Counted from the first letter of the stretch, positions 8,795-20,571 are shown. The stretch is DNA of 64,000 bases from an uncultured Lachnospira sp. (GCA_944381165.1 CALWKC010000011.1:4225-68224); one strand, 5' to 3'. Program-made: numbers and translations. The notes: generated by a model from the letters alone, not told the origin.

Positions 8795-10783
8795 ATGAGT
8801 AAAATTGAAGAAATGGCGGTAAATGCTATAAGGGTTTTGTCTGCCGATGCTATTCAGAAAGCGAAATCAGGACATCCGGGACTTCCTTTAGGTGCGGCGC
8901 CTGCGGCCTACGAACTTTGGAGCAGACATATGAAGCACAATCCTGCAAATCCTGAGTGGAAAAACAGGGACAGATTTGTTCTGTCAGGCGGGCATGGCTC
9001 TATGCTCCTGTATTCACTGCTGCATTTATTCGGCTACGGAAATCTTTCCGTTGATGATATTAAGAATTTCAGACAGCTCGATTCGCTTACACCGGGGCAT
9101 CCTGAGTACGGACATACTGTCGGTATAGAGGCTACAACTGGACCTTTGGGACAGGGAATGGCTATGGCAGTAGGAATGGCTATGGCAGAGGCGCATCTTG
9201 CGGCAGTTTTTAATAAGGACGGCTTCCCTGTTGTTGACCATTATACTTATGTTCTGGGCGGAGACGGCTGCATGATGGAGGGCATTTCGTCGGAATGCTT
9301 CTCTCTTGCCGGTACGCTGGGACTTTCAAAGCTTATTGTACTCTACGATTCAAACAATATTTCAATAGAGGGAAGCACAGATATAGCGTTTACAGAGGAT
9401 GTCATGAAGCGTTTCGAGGCGTTTGGTTTCCAGACAATAGAGGTTAAGGACGGAAATGATTTGAACGCGATAGGCGCTGCGATTGAGGAGGCAAAGGCTG
9501 ATAAGGAGAGACCTTCACTCATCAAAATTAATACTCTCATTGGCTTCGGCTGTCCTGCAAAGCAGGGTAAGGCAAGTGCGCACGGCGAGCCTCTGGGCGA
9601 GGAAAATGTTGCCGCGTTAAAAGAAAATATAGGCTGGCCTTGCAGCGGTGATTTTGAAGTGCCAAAAGAGGTTTACGACCACTATAATGAGTTATCAGAG
9701 AAACTTGCTCAGGAAGAGGAAAACTGGAATAAGCTGTTTGACGAGTACTGCGAAAAGTATCCTGAGATGAAACAAAAGTGGGATGATTATTATAACGGAT
9801 ATGATTTGTCTGAATTGTTCAATTCGGATGAGTACTGGGCTAAGGCAGAAAAGCCGGAGGCGACGAGAAATACTTCAGGTATACTGTTAAATCTTATAAA
9901 ACAGCATATGCCTAATCTTGTGGGCGGCTCTGCCGACCTGGCGCCTTCAAACAAAACCAACATGAAGGATGCGGGCGACTTTTCAAGGGATAATTATGCC
10001 GGCAGCAATTTTCATTTTGGCGTAAGAGAGCAGGCAATGACCGCAATTGTCAACGGTATAGCGCTTCACGGAGGTTTAAGACCTTTTGCTGCTACATTCT
10101 TTGTTTTCAGTGATTACACCAAACCGATGGCAAGACTTACCTCTATTATGAAGCTTCCTGTTATATTTGTGTTTACGCACGACAGCATCGGTGTTGGAGA
10201 GGACGGGCCTACGCACGAGCCTGTTGAGCAGCTGGCAGCATTCAGGTCTATGCCGAACTTTACAGTATTTCGTCCGTGTGACAGGGTTGAGACTGCCGCT
10301 GCGTGGGAGTATGCGATAGAGTCTGAGTCTGTACCTACGGGACTTGTGCTCACCAGACAGAATCTTCCTCAGCTTAAAGGCTCATCAAAGGAGGCGCTCA
10401 AAGGAGGATATATCATTGACGACAGCAATAAGGCGGAGCCTGACGCTATTATCATTGCCAGCGGCTCTGAGGTCTCTCTTGCCATTGAGGCTAAAAAGCA
10501 GCTTGCCGGCGAGGGAGCAGACGTGCGTGTCGTAAGCATGCCGAGCATGGATGTGTTTGAGGAGCAGACCGAGGATTACAGAAATTCAGTTCTTCCTCCA
10601 AGCTGCCGCAAGAGAGTGGCGGTTGAGGCTCTTTCAGATTTCGGCTGGTACAGATATGTCGGACTTGACGGAAAGGTTGTTTCAATGAAGGGCTTCGGAG
10701 CTTCAGGCCCGGCTGAGCAGCTTTTTGAGAAGTTTGGTTTTACTCCTGAAAATGTAGCCGAGGCAGTAAGAAGTATACTCTGA
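8795..10783 (+). CDS. tkt: Transketolase
   Basis: [27 protein letters not shown]...[35 protein letters not shown] and GEDGPTHEP motifs. 662 aa. Confidence 0.95.
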   Translation: MSKIEEMAVNAIRVLSADAIQKAKSGHPGLPLGAAPAAYELWSRHMKHNPANPEWKNRDRFVLSGGHGSMLLYSLLHLFGYGNLSVDDIKNFRQLDSLTPGHPEYGHTVGIEATTGPLGQGMAMAVGMAMAEAHLAAVFNKDGFPVVDHYTYVLGGDGCMMEGISSECFSLAGTLGLSKLIVLYDSNNISIEGSTDIAFTEDVMKRFEAFGFQTIEVKDGNDLNAIGAAIEEAKADKERPSLIKINTLIGFGCPAKQGKASAHGEPLGEENVAALKENIGWPCSGDFEVPKEVYDHYNELSEKLAQEEENWNKLFDEYCEKYPEMKQKWDDYYNGYDLSELFNSDEYWAKAEKPEATRNTSGILLNLIKQHMPNLVGGSADLAPSNKTNMKDAGDFSRDNYAGSNFHFGVREQAMTAIVNGIALHGGLRPFAATFFVFSDYTKPMARLTSIMKLPVIFVFTHDSIGVGEDGPTHEPVEQLAAFRSMPNFTVFRPCDRVETAAAWEYAIESESVPTGLVLTRQNLPQLKGSSKEALKGGYIIDDSNKAEPDAIIIASGSEVSLAIEAKKQLAGEGADVRVVSMPSMDVFEEQTEDYRNSVLPPSCRKRVAVEALSDFGWYRYVGLDGKVVSMKGFGASGPAEQLFEKFGFTPENVAEAVRSIL

Positions 10784-10890
10784 AAATAAAAACTGTCTTA
10801 AAGTAACAGTTCAGTCCGCGCCATTCGCAAAGCCGCGCTGCAGCTTATGGCTGAACTGTTACATCATAAAAAATCGTCATATTTTTTGGC

Positions 10891-10919
10891 TTGCAATATT
10901 ATACCAATAGAGATATAAT
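10891..10919 (+). promoter_or_regulatory. Sigma-A-type promoter for the alcohol dehydrogenase gene
   Basis: TTGCAA (10891-10896), 17-nt spacer, TATAAT (10914-10919), about 65 nt upstream of ATG 10986. Confidence 0.55.
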
Positions 10920-10985
10920 AGAAATACAGATTGTCAGTAATTTAACAATCCATGAATTTTATTAAGATTTTGGAGGTATTTTATT

Positions 10986-12197
10986 ATGACACGTTTTACT
11001 TTACCGAGAGATTTGTATCATGGAAAGGGCTCATTGGAGGCGCTTAAGACATTAAAAGGTAAAAAAGCTATTATCTGTGTCGGCGGCGGTTCAATGAAGC
11101 GTTACGGATTTCTTCAGAAGGCAGAGGATTATCTGAAGGAAGCCGGAATGGAGGTTAAGCTGTTTGAGGGAATCGAGTCAGACCCTTCTGTTGAGACGGT
11201 TATGAAGGGTGCCCAGGCTATGAGCGAGTTTGAGCCTGACTGGATTGTTGCAATCGGCGGCGGCTCACCTATCGATGCAGCTAAGGCAATGTGGATAAAA
11301 TATGAATATCCTGACACGACATTTGAGGATATGTGTAAGGTATTCGGACTGCCTGAGCTGAGGACGAAGGCTCATTTCTGTGCAGTGTCATCTACATCCG
11401 GAACGGCAACAGAGGTTACGGCGTTTTCTATTATAACAGATTATCAGAAGGGTATTAAGTATCCTATAGCTGATTTTGAGATTACGCCTGATGTGGCTAT
11501 CGTTGACCCTGAACTTGCAGAGACAATGCCTCCTAAGCTCGTTGCACATACGGGTATGGATGCAATGACGCACGGCATTGAGGCTTATGTATCTACTGCA
11601 AACAGCGATTATACAGATCCTCTTGCGCTTCACGCTATCATGATGATTAGAGATAATCTTGTAAAGTCTTATAACGGAGATATGGAGGCAAGAGATGCTA
11701 TGCATAACGCTCAGTGTCTCGCCGGTATGGCATTCTCAAATGCGCTGCTTGGTATTGTACACTCAATGGCACATAAGACCGGTGCTGCGTTTGAGGGCGG
11801 ACATATAATTCACGGAGCTGCGAATGCAATGTATCTTCCTAAGGTTATCCGCTTTAACTCAAAGGATGAGACAGCCGCAAAGAGATATGCATACATAGCT
11901 GACTTCCTTAAGCTCGGAGGCAATACAACAGATGAGAAGATTGATAATCTTATTGCCATGCTGCGCAAGATGAATGATGACCTGAACATTCCTCAGTGCA
12001 TAAAGAATTACGGAGAGGGCGGTCTTCCTGCTGAAACGGGAATTGTTCCTGAGGATGAGTTCTTAAAGAAGCTTCCTGATATTGCAGCTAACGCTCTTCT
12101 TGATGCATGTACAGGTTCAAATCCTCGTCAGCCAAGCCAGGAGGAGATGGAGAAGCTTCTTAAGTGCTGCTATTACGATACAGAGGTTGACTTCTAA
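10986..12197 (+). CDS. Iron-containing (group III) alcohol dehydrogenase
   Basis: SD GGAGG. GGGSPIDAAKAM and the His cluster VHSMAHKTGAAFEGGHIIHGAANAM. 403 aa. Confidence 0.9.
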   Translation: MTRFTLPRDLYHGKGSLEALKTLKGKKAIICVGGGSMKRYGFLQKAEDYLKEAGMEVKLFEGIESDPSVETVMKGAQAMSEFEPDWIVAIGGGSPIDAAKAMWIKYEYPDTTFEDMCKVFGLPELRTKAHFCAVSSTSGTATEVTAFSIITDYQKGIKYPIADFEITPDVAIVDPELAETMPPKLVAHTGMDAMTHGIEAYVSTANSDYTDPLALHAIMMIRDNLVKSYNGDMEARDAMHNAQCLAGMAFSNALLGIVHSMAHKTGAAFEGGHIIHGAANAMYLPKVIRFNSKDETAAKRYAYIADFLKLGGNTTDEKIDNLIAMLRKMNDDLNIPQCIKNYGEGGLPAETGIVPEDEFLKKLPDIAANALLDACTGSNPRQPSQEEMEKLLKCCYYDTEVDF

Positions 12198-12327
12198 ATT
12201 TATACGCTGCTTCTGATGATTTTATAGCACGCTGTACTGATAAATGATTATAATATAGTGATACGGCGGTTTTATACCGCATGACAGGGCACGCAGACAG
12301 ACTGACAGACATAATAATTTTATGTCG

Positions 12328-12356
12328 GGCAGGATGATGTGTGTCCTGTCTTTTTG
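12328..12356 (+). terminator. Rho-independent terminator after the alcohol dehydrogenase gene
   Basis: GGCAGGA - 9-nt loop - TCCTGTC followed by TTTTTG. Confidence 0.6.
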
Positions 12357-12469
12357 TATTTCGTTGAAAGCAGGTCGGGGGCTGTGATAGAATATCAATA
12401 TAAAAAGTGAAAAAAATAAAACAAAATGCGGTTTTATTACGTATAAGGTATAAATAGAGGGAGGAATAG

Positions 12470-13081
12470 ATGGACACCACCAGAGAACTGCATTCTAAAA
12501 AATTTTCCGCCAGACAGTTGGTAGCGCGAGTGTTTGAGACGGACCAATACCTTATCCGTCAGATTCTGGAGCAGGATGACAAGGAAGCGGCGAGCGTCCT
12601 TATTGAGAGGTATTATAAAACGGTTTATCGAGAGATATATATAAAGACATCCGACGAAGAGCTTTCTCTTGACCTTACTCAGGAGACATTTATCGCTGTG
12701 CTTCGTGCGCTTCGTCAGTTTGATGATAAAAAAGCGTCGTTTAAGACGTGGATTATAAGGATAGCCCAGAATAAGGTTATCGATTACAGGAGAAGCAGAC
12801 AGAATCATGAAGCTCTTATGACAGATGTGCTTGAGGGGTATGACAGGGCTGCAAATGATAATATTGAGGAGAATGTCCTTAACCGCATTGCAAATGAAAA
12901 GGTGAAATCAATTCTTGAAACACAGGATAAAGAGCTGCAGACAATATTTATTATGAAGGCACAGGAGGGATATACATTTTCGGAAATTTCCCAAAAAACA
13001 GGAATAAGTGTCGGCGTAGCTAAGAACAGGTACTATAAGTTTGTCAAAGAAGTCAGAAAGGAGATGCACGAATATGAATAA
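12470..13081 (+). CDS. ECF-type sigma-70 family RNA polymerase sigma factor
   Basis: SD GGGAGGAA. Region 2-like DLTQETFIAVLRALRQFD...WIIRIAQNKVIDYRR. Region 4 HTH YTFSEISQKTGISVGVAKNRYYKF. Confidence 0.85.
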   Translation: MDTTRELHSKKFSARQLVARVFETDQYLIRQILEQDDKEAASVLIERYYKTVYREIYIKTSDEELSLDLTQETFIAVLRALRQFDDKKASFKTWIIRIAQNKVIDYRRSRQNHEALMTDVLEGYDRAANDNIEENVLNRIANEKVKSILETQDKELQTIFIMKAQEGYTFSEISQKTGISVGVAKNRYYKFVKEVRKEMHEYE

Positions 13082-14180
13082 AGTGAAATATCCTGACAAA
13101 AAAGAGATTCAAAGACAGATTTGTACAATTATAGACCGTTCCCAGATTTTTGACGAAAAAGATGACAGTCAGACCTTCACGGAGGTAAAACCTGTAAACA
13201 GAACGAGTTCATATTCAAAGGCGTTTTTTGCTGTGGTAAAGACCACAGCTTCGGCGGCGGCAGTAGTACTGGCAGTCTTTTTTGCAAGGGGCTTTATAAA
13301 GTCAGGCTCAATTATAGGGCAGCAGGCGATGAATACCGGTGCGAACAGTCTTGTCTATGAACAGCTGCAGGAAAGTGCCAGTGACAATACAGTTTCAGAC
13401 AGTGTGGATATGGATTTGGCAGTCGGGGAAAGCTCGGGCAGCCGCGAGCAGGTTGTAAATGAAGCCGTGACTGTAAAATATGACAAATACAGCAGGACGG
13501 TAATGGCTGAAGGGAACAATACGGAGCTTGCACATATTAACGGAAGTTATCCGCTGGTATATGCTGACGGGGAAATACTTGAGTATATAAGGAGCAGCTA
13601 TGAGCTTGAGACCGAGCAGATTTATCTGGATGTGTGCGAAAGGTACAGAAACTATTATAATGAGACCGGGAATAAAAGCGGTGATGCGGCTGTCAGTTTC
13701 AACTCAGTTTATTCTCGCTGCGAGTATCTGAGCGACAATGTCATATCGTTTTACAGCAATTATAATGAGAACTATTATAATGAGGACATCAATATTTCAA
13801 CGGTGAGAATTTACGGTGCAAATTTTGATACAGTTGAGGACAGAAAGCTGTCGTACAGTGATTTATTTGTGAATTATGACACAGCTATGCAGTGTATAGC
13901 ACAGTCTGTATATAATGAGATGAAGCTGAAATCGTTCACGGGCAGTGTGAGAGAGGACTATCTGACACAGGAAAATATTGCTGCACGAATTGAGCAGGAC
14001 AATAATTTTTATTTTACTTCTAACGGTATTGTGGTGTGCTGCAATGATTATTTGAAATCAGAGGAATTGGAAAACGGACCTATGCAAAGCGCGGAGGCAG
14101 TAAGCAGCGTTTTAGTTCCGTTCTTTGAACTCAGGGATAACGGGGTTATATTTAACACGGATTATATTAATTTTAATTAA
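13074..14180 (+). CDS. Putative membrane-anchored anti-sigma factor (RsiV-like architecture: short cytoplasmic N-terminus, one TM segment, large ectodomain)
   Basis: ATG 13074 overlaps the sigma gene stop (ATGAATAA). TM segment AFFAVVKTTASAAAVVLAVFFA. The Y/N-rich ectodomain resembles DUF4163/DUF3298-type domains by eye only. Confidence 0.5.
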   Translation: MNKVKYPDKKEIQRQICTIIDRSQIFDEKDDSQTFTEVKPVNRTSSYSKAFFAVVKTTASAAAVVLAVFFARGFIKSGSIIGQQAMNTGANSLVYEQLQESASDNTVSDSVDMDLAVGESSGSREQVVNEAVTVKYDKYSRTVMAEGNNTELAHINGSYPLVYADGEILEYIRSSYELETEQIYLDVCERYRNYYNETGNKSGDAAVSFNSVYSRCEYLSDNVISFYSNYNENYYNEDINISTVRIYGANFDTVEDRKLSYSDLFVNYDTAMQCIAQSVYNEMKLKSFTGSVREDYLTQENIAARIEQDNNFYFTSNGIVVCCNDYLKSEELENGPMQSAEAVSSVLVPFFELRDNGVIFNTDYINFN

Positions 14181-14230
14181 ATAATTTATAGTGTGAAATC
14201 TTGAGGATAAATGCAAAAAGGGGAAGGTAT

Positions 14231-15199
14231 ATGAAAGAAAACACATATTATCTTAATATGGCAAAGAGAGTACTGGTTGAGGTGAAAAAGAGCGTCGTCG
14301 GGAAAGACGAGATAATATGCAAAATTATGATGGCGCTTTTGGCAAGAGGACATGTTCTCATAGAGGATATTCCAGGTGTGGGCAAGACAACAATGGCGCT
14401 TGCGTTTGCAAAAGCTCTTGGTCTGGAATGCAACAGGGTGCAGTTTACTCCTGATGTAATGCCGTCGGACATAGTCGGCTTTAATATGTATAACCGTGAA
14501 AAAAACGTATTTGAGTATAAAGCAGGAGCGGCGCACTGCAATATTTTTCTTGCTGACGAGATAAACAGGACATCGCCGAAAACTCAGTCGGCGCTTCTTC
14601 AGGTTATGGAGGAGGGGCGTGTCAGTGTTGACGGCGTCACTATGAAGCTTCCTGACCCGTTTATGGTAATTGCCACACAGAATCCGTTCGGCTCCGTGGG
14701 GACTCAGAAGCTTCCGGAATCACAGCTTGACAGATTTATGATAAGAATAACAATGGGTTATCCCTCAATAGAGGATGAGGTCAGTATTATGAAGGGAAAG
14801 GCGCAGGTTGCTCCTAACACGATTGCCTCGGAAAAAGTAATTGACGAGGAGGATTTTATTGCAATAAGGGAGCTTGTTGATAATATTTATGTAGATGACA
14901 GCGTTTATGAGTATGTAGCAAAGCTTGCGGACAGGACAAGAAGGTCGCCTGATATTCTTCAGGGAATAAGTCCGAGAGGAAGTATTGCTGTAATAAATAT
15001 GTCCAGAGCAGAGGCGTTTTTAAGAGGCAGGGAGTATGTGCTTCCGTCTGATGTACAGTTTGTTTTAAATGACACAATGGCGCACAGAATTATTTTAAAT
15101 AAAAGCCTTAAACGAGGTCATATAACAGAGGAAAGTGTTATAGAAGAGATCTGTAAAAGTGTTGAGGTCCCGAAAATCGGTGTGAAAGGAATATTGTGA
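14231..15199 (+). CDS. MoxR-family AAA+ ATPase
   Basis: SD GGGGAAGG before ATG 14231. Walker A PGVGKTTMA. Walker B and sensor FLADEINRTSPKTQSALLQVMEE. Confidence 0.9.
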   Translation: MKENTYYLNMAKRVLVEVKKSVVGKDEIICKIMMALLARGHVLIEDIPGVGKTTMALAFAKALGLECNRVQFTPDVMPSDIVGFNMYNREKNVFEYKAGAAHCNIFLADEINRTSPKTQSALLQVMEEGRVSVDGVTMKLPDPFMVIATQNPFGSVGTQKLPESQLDRFMIRITMGYPSIEDEVSIMKGKAQVAPNTIASEKVIDEEDFIAIRELVDNIYVDDSVYEYVAKLADRTRRSPDILQGISPRGSIAVINMSRAEAFLRGREYVLPSDVQFVLNDTMAHRIILNKSLKRGHITEESVIEEICKSVEVPKIGVKGIL

Positions 15200-16278
15200 G
15201 AATACGAATATTATTATATTTAATTTGTCTGGCGGGGGTTGTTGTCTTAAACTGTGTCTATGTTGACTACCAGTTTATGCTTATGCTTCTTATGCTTATA
15301 ATAGTTACGGCATTTTCATATATAATGTTTGCCGTGTCGAGAATCGGCATGAAGCTTTTTGTAAAGCTGGATAGAAACGTAGTTTCTTTAGACGATAAAA
15401 TAGACATTAAGGTTAAGGTCGTCAGTAAAAATCCTGTGAAACTTGCGTGGGGAAAGCTCGAAATTCAGGTGATGTATTCAAACGACAGCAGTGTTGAGAC
15501 GTACAGTGCATGGGTGAACGCAGGCTCTCGCCGGGAGGTGACTGTTTCCTTTACTCCGAAGCACTGCGGAACTGTAAGTGTGTGTCTGAGAAAGCTCGGC
15601 TTAAGAGACTGCCTTAAGTTTTTCAGAGCGCAATATGACTATAATAGTGTCAGAAAAGCAGTTGTGTTTCCGAAAAGGGTTGGCAGCGGATATGCCGGAA
15701 GAGATTATCAGAATCAGGAAGAGGATTATATAATGTCATTTCTTGAGACAGATAATACAGAAGTTTTGGATTTAAGGAGTTTTCAGGAGGGAGACCCGAT
15801 GAACAGAATTCACTGGAAACTCAGTATGAATTCGGAAGAATTAATAGTTAAGCAGTACGGGGAGGAAGTTGAAAACAGAAATTTTATTCTTGTCGATCTG
15901 ACAAAAACAGATGACGGAAAATTCAGGGAAGTGCTTGATTTGATTTATCAGGCTGCGTATTCTGTGGGAAGTTTTTATGTGGAGAATAGGGCGGCGGCAA
16001 GATTTATAGTCTGGGACGGTCAGGAGGATGAGGTGCGTCCTTTGGATTTTCAGGACGAGAAAAGTCTTGAAAATGCTATGTATGAGTTAATGTGTATCAG
16101 GTGTGAGAGAGACTCACTGCTTCATCTTGATTACGCCGGCGTGCAGCAGAGCATTATATCCGGTCAGAAGCCTGTTCTCATAACGGCTCAGGAATATAAG
16201 AGTGATATTTATGATACTGTCAATGTTGTAAACGACAATTTAGAGGATATTATCAGTGCGTTGGGCGGCGAGCGTTAA
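15196..16278 (+). CDS. DUF58 family protein (MoxR partner)
   Basis: The GTG start overlaps the MoxR stop (GTGA). Two N-terminal TM segments. DLRSFQEGDPMNRIHWKLS motif typical of DUF58. Confidence 0.8.
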   Translation: MRIRILLYLICLAGVVVLNCVYVDYQFMLMLLMLIIVTAFSYIMFAVSRIGMKLFVKLDRNVVSLDDKIDIKVKVVSKNPVKLAWGKLEIQVMYSNDSSVETYSAWVNAGSRREVTVSFTPKHCGTVSVCLRKLGLRDCLKFFRAQYDYNSVRKAVVFPKRVGSGYAGRDYQNQEEDYIMSFLETDNTEVLDLRSFQEGDPMNRIHWKLSMNSEELIVKQYGEEVENRNFILVDLTKTDDGKFREVLDLIYQAAYSVGSFYVENRAAARFIVWDGQEDEVRPLDFQDEKSLENAMYELMCIRCERDSLLHLDYAGVQQSIISGQKPVLITAQEYKSDIYDTVNVVNDNLEDIISALGGER

Positions 16279-16326
16279 AAATGCAAACAGACTGCCTCAT
16301 GATGATGCTAAAAGGATTTGGGTAAA

Positions 16327-18687
16327 ATGAAAGAGAGCAAAATAAAAAATATTCTGATACAGACAGCAACAGCGGCAACAGGCTCTCTCGGAATTGTGAG
16401 CGTGCTGTTTGCAAGACCTGCGGTAAACGTTTATCCTGTTTTGATATATATAGCGGTCATAATATCCGCATGCGTTATAGTTCCGTGTATAAGCGTAAAA
16501 AAAATCAGCAGATGGTTTAACGCGGGTTTTTGGGCATTATCTGTCATTTTTGTTGCTGCTGCAAATAAGACAGTTATAAGCGGTGTAAAATATATAGTTG
16601 AGGATTTGACAGAGCTGCTTTTATACGGAAGAGAGTTTGTGCGTTCGGGAAGCGATGCGTCTTCATATTCTCTTGCAAGAATTAGCCGGGGAAATGCCGA
16701 GACGGCAGCCATGATAGTGTTTTCCATACTCGTTGTATATATGGTCAGTCTGATTGTTGTATATACAAAAAGTATGGTGCTCTCTATTATTTCTATTCTT
16801 CCGCTGATGTCGCTGTTTGTTTTTTATTCGGTGATACCGTCGTCTCTTACGTGTGTGCTGTGTCTTGTGTATGTGTTTGCGGTTGCGTCGCTCGACAGGA
16901 GAAGAGAGGATACGGCTCCCGCGGCGGCAATTATGACAGCCGGGTTTATTGCGGGCGGAATTTTAATATTTGCAGGCGCATTGAGAGAGGATTATAAGAG
17001 ACCTCAGATTTTTGTCGAGTGGGGAGAACAGGTGGGCGCGTTTTTCGATAATGCTATGAATACAGGCAATTCCGGAGGTGGCAGCACAGGCGATTCAGAC
17101 GGAAGCAGCAGTCACGGAACAGTGACGCTTGGAATAACAAACGAGGGTGAGATTGGCGAGGCTGATATTGTTGAATGGGATGATAAGCCGGTTGGAGTAA
17201 TATCAACCCAGGATATAGGCGAAAATCAGTATATAGGTATTTTTTACGGCTGTTACTACTATTATGGTGAAAATGTCTGGGAGGAATCACAGGGGGTATC
17301 AGAAACAGACAATACAAAAATTGATGTTCTGGCGGAAATTTTTTCGGATGAGGAGATGCGTGATTATATATCAGGTGGCAGCGGTGATTTTGAGGACCTT
17401 GTGAGGATTTACTATGTCAGCAGAAACAGCGGAGATATAGATATTGAGACAGGACGATACATTGAGGATATAGATGAAAGCTGCATCGGCAGGATAGCGG
17501 AAATTGTAAACGGTCGCGCTCCTGTTGAGACACAGTTGAATTCCCGGCTTGTGAGGAACATGGAAAATGCCAGAAGAAATGCGGAGAGCTTCTGTCTGGA
17601 TATTGACAGAGGCCTCAAAGCGACAATAAATGAGCTCATAGGCGATATTCCGGCGAATACGCTGCAGCAGAAGCTTTATTATATAGATTATGTGAGAAGT
17701 TATCTTGCAAATAATTTCGTGTATACGACAGCTCCAGGACATGTTCCGGAGGGAAGAGATGCAGTCGAATATTTTTTGACGGAGAGCCGACAGGGGTACT
17801 GTACATATTTTGCGAGCGCGGCTGTTATGATGTTCAGGGCAGCCGGAATTCCGGCAAGATATGTGGAGGGGTATGTAATTCCTTCGCACAGGGTTTCCGG
17901 AGGAGCTCAGACGTCTGTTTTAAACAGGTGGGCGGAAAAATGCGGACTGGAGGATGTGCCGGCTATGATTGAAGGGCGCAACGCTCAGGTGAGAAATTCT
18001 GACGCTCATGCATGGGTTGAGGTTTATCTGACGGGTTACGGCTGGAGGACTGTGGAGGTTACGCCTTCAGTCAATGCGGGACGCCCTGAGGGAGACGGCA
18101 CATCGGAAAATGAGACCATAAGCCCGGAAGAGGAGGAGACAATTTCTTCAGATACCGATACAGTTGACGAGTCTGACACTTCAGAGGATACGGCGGACAG
18201 CGAAAGTGAGGTGAGCGATGAAAATGCAATCCGGGAAACATCCGGTGGAGCGGGCTCTTCAGGAATAGCAGGCGTTGTGTGGAAAATAATAGTGATTGCG
18301 CTGGCGGCGGTATTTGTTGTAATATTTATTATAAGCCGTATTATAAAAAGGAAAAAATTGGAGTTTACACTTGGGTCATCGGATATTATCGGAATATACA
18401 GTGCTCTTGAGAGGCTTCTTAATTATGCCGGATATGTGAGACCGGGGTATATGGATTATGAGGAGTATGCGGAGTATCTCGAGGGCCGCGATTGGATATT
18501 TAAAATGTATAATATACGTATGATAACGGATACTGTTCTTGCTGTTAATTTTGGAGGGGACAGCGTTTTTGTCAATGACGAGCAGAGAAAGAGCTTTGAA
18601 GAGTCGGCGGCAGGGCTGAGACAGTGTATATATATGCGTATGAATCCGATAAAGAGACTTTTCGTTAAGTATATTCTTGTAATATAG
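16327..18687 (+). CDS. Transglutaminase-domain membrane protein
   Basis: Multiple N-terminal TM segments. Cys-His-Asp core GYCTYFASAAVMMFRAAGIPARYVEGY ... DAHAWVEVY. Acidic S/D/E/T linker, then a C-terminal TM segment. Confidence 0.85.
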   Translation: MKESKIKNILIQTATAATGSLGIVSVLFARPAVNVYPVLIYIAVIISACVIVPCISVKKISRWFNAGFWALSVIFVAAANKTVISGVKYIVEDLTELLLYGREFVRSGSDASSYSLARISRGNAETAAMIVFSILVVYMVSLIVVYTKSMVLSIISILPLMSLFVFYSVIPSSLTCVLCLVYVFAVASLDRRREDTAPAAAIMTAGFIAGGILIFAGALREDYKRPQIFVEWGEQVGAFFDNAMNTGNSGGGSTGDSDGSSSHGTVTLGITNEGEIGEADIVEWDDKPVGVISTQDIGENQYIGIFYGCYYYYGENVWEESQGVSETDNTKIDVLAEIFSDEEMRDYISGGSGDFEDLVRIYYVSRNSGDIDIETGRYIEDIDESCIGRIAEIVNGRAPVETQLNSRLVRNMENARRNAESFCLDIDRGLKATINELIGDIPANTLQQKLYYIDYVRSYLANNFVYTTAPGHVPEGRDAVEYFLTESRQGYCTYFASAAVMMFRAAGIPARYVEGYVIPSHRVSGGAQTSVLNRWAEKCGLEDVPAMIEGRNAQVRNSDAHAWVEVYLTGYGWRTVEVTPSVNAGRPEGDGTSENETISPEEEETISSDTDTVDESDTSEDTADSESEVSDENAIRETSGGAGSSGIAGVVWKIIVIALAAVFVVIFIISRIIKRKKLEFTLGSSDIIGIYSALERLLNYAGYVRPGYMDYEEYAEYLEGRDWIFKMYNIRMITDTVLAVNFGGDSVFVNDEQRKSFEESAAGLRQCIYMRMNPIKRLFVKYILVI

Positions 18688-18740
18688 CGAACTTCATTTT
18701 CAGCCTTTTATGCTATGATTATTAATGAGGTTTGGACAGT

Positions 18741-20561
18741 ATGTTTAATCTTGAGGAAGAGTTAAAAAAACTCCCGGATAAGCCGGGAGTTTATATTATG
18801 CACGATAAGATAGATACTATAATTTATGTGGGAAAAGCGATTAGTCTGAGAAACCGCGTGCGCCAGTATTTCAGGGCAAGCACAAAGCACACGCCGAAGA
18901 TTAAGAGTATGGTATCCAATATCGCATATTTTGAATATATTATTACCGATTCAGAGCTGGAAGCGCTGGTGCTTGAGTGCAATCTGATTAAGGAGCACAG
19001 ACCTAAATATAACACTATGTTAAAGGATGACAAGACATATCCTTTTATAAAGGTTACAGTGCATGAAGCCTATCCGAGAGTGCTCTTTTCAAGGAAAATG
19101 AAGCACGGAACGGGAAGATATTTCGGACCGTATACTTCCGCGTCCGCTGTCAAAGATACTATTGAGCTGCTTTGCAAGCTTTATAAAATAAGGACGTGCA
19201 GCCGGGTGCTGCCCAGAGACACAGGAAAGGACAGACCGTGCCTCAATTACCATATAGGACAGTGCAGCGCTCCTTGTCAGGGGTATATTTCCGAGGAGGA
19301 ATACAAAAAGTCTGTTGATTCGGTTATTGATTTTCTCAGCGGAAATTACGCTAAAATCATTAATCAGCTGACGGAGCAGATGCAGCAGGCCTCTGATAAA
19401 ATGGAATTTGAGGAGGCTGCAAAGTACAGGGATTTGATTGCAAGTGTGCGTCAGGTTGCGCAAAAGCAGAAGATTACTGCTGATGACAGCGCTGACAGGG
19501 ATGTTATCGCATGCGCGTCTGACGGAACGGATGCAGTTGTACAGGTGTTTTTTATAAGAGAGGGAAAGCTTCTGGGAAGAGACCATTTTCATATGTCGGT
19601 TGCTCAGGGTGACAGCAGGAGCGAGATAATCTCACAGTTTATGAAGCAGTATTACGGCGGAACGCCGTATATTCCGAAGGTTGTCATGCTTCAGGAGGAG
19701 ATTGAGGATGCTCAGATAATTTCCGACTGGCTGTCTCAGATTAAAAAGCGCAGAGTTTTAATTGTTACTCCTAAAAAGGGCGACAAGGAAAAGCTGGTGG
19801 AGCTGGCTTATAAGAACGCTCAGATGGTGCTTATCCAGGACGGCGAGAAGATAAAGCGGGAGCAGCAAAGAACTATCGGTGCTATGGAGGAGATTGCCGG
19901 GTGGCTTAATCTTCCCGGCATAAGGAGAGCCGAGGCATATGATATTTCGAATACTAACGGAATTGAGTCTGTGGGTTCAATGGTGGTATTTGAGGACGGG
20001 AAGCCGAAGAAAAATGATTACAGAAAATTTAAGATAAAGACTGTCAAGGGACCGGATGATTACAAGAGTATGCGTGAGGTGCTGACGCGCCGTTTCAAGA
20101 GAGCGCTTGAAGGCTCATCGGGTTTTGACGTATACCCTGATCTTATTATGATGGACGGCGGAAGAGGACAGGTAAATATAGCTCTTGAGGTGCTCTCGGA
20201 GCTTGGCCTTTCAATTCCTGTCTGCGGAATGGTTAAGGATGACCGCCACAACACAAGAGGGCTGTATTATAATAATGTCGAGATACCGATTGATACGCAT
20301 AGCGAGGGCTTCAAGCTGATTACGAGAGTTCAGGACGAGGCGCATAGATTTGCGATAGAGTACCACAGAAGTTTAAGGAGCAAGGTACAGGTAAATTCTG
20401 TCCTCGACGGAATACAGGGAGTTGGCCCTGCAAGGCGAAAGGCTCTTATGAGGCATTTTCAGGATATTGACAAAATCAGAAATGCGAGCGTTGAGGAGCT
20501 TCAGGAGGCGGAAGGAATAACTCAAAAAGTAGCACAAAACATATACACATATTTCCATTAA
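18741..20561 (+). CDS. uvrC: Excinuclease ABC subunit C
   Basis: GIY-YIG module [18 protein letters not shown], UvrBC-interaction region, and C-terminal HhH ([17 protein letters not shown]). Confidence 0.95.
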   Translation: MFNLEEELKKLPDKPGVYIMHDKIDTIIYVGKAISLRNRVRQYFRASTKHTPKIKSMVSNIAYFEYIITDSELEALVLECNLIKEHRPKYNTMLKDDKTYPFIKVTVHEAYPRVLFSRKMKHGTGRYFGPYTSASAVKDTIELLCKLYKIRTCSRVLPRDTGKDRPCLNYHIGQCSAPCQGYISEEEYKKSVDSVIDFLSGNYAKIINQLTEQMQQASDKMEFEEAAKYRDLIASVRQVAQKQKITADDSADRDVIACASDGTDAVVQVFFIREGKLLGRDHFHMSVAQGDSRSEIISQFMKQYYGGTPYIPKVVMLQEEIEDAQIISDWLSQIKKRRVLIVTPKKGDKEKLVELAYKNAQMVLIQDGEKIKREQQRTIGAMEEIAGWLNLPGIRRAEAYDISNTNGIESVGSMVVFEDGKPKKNDYRKFKIKTVKGPDDYKSMREVLTRRFKRALEGSSGFDVYPDLIMMDGGRGQVNIALEVLSELGLSIPVCGMVKDDRHNTRGLYYNNVEIPIDTHSEGFKLITRVQDEAHRFAIEYHRSLRSKVQVNSVLDGIQGVGPARRKALMRHFQDIDKIRNASVEELQEAEGITQKVAQNIYTYFH

Positions 20562-20571
20562 AAGGGAGATG

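Noticed and set aside
10803-10862. A 12-bp inverted repeat, GTAACAGTTCAG...CTGAACTGTTAC, after tkt, considered as a terminator.
   Set aside because: The loop is ~36 nt and no U tract follows (ATCATAAAAAA). It may still form a structure, but it does not meet the criteria for an intrinsic terminator, so I did not list it as a feature.
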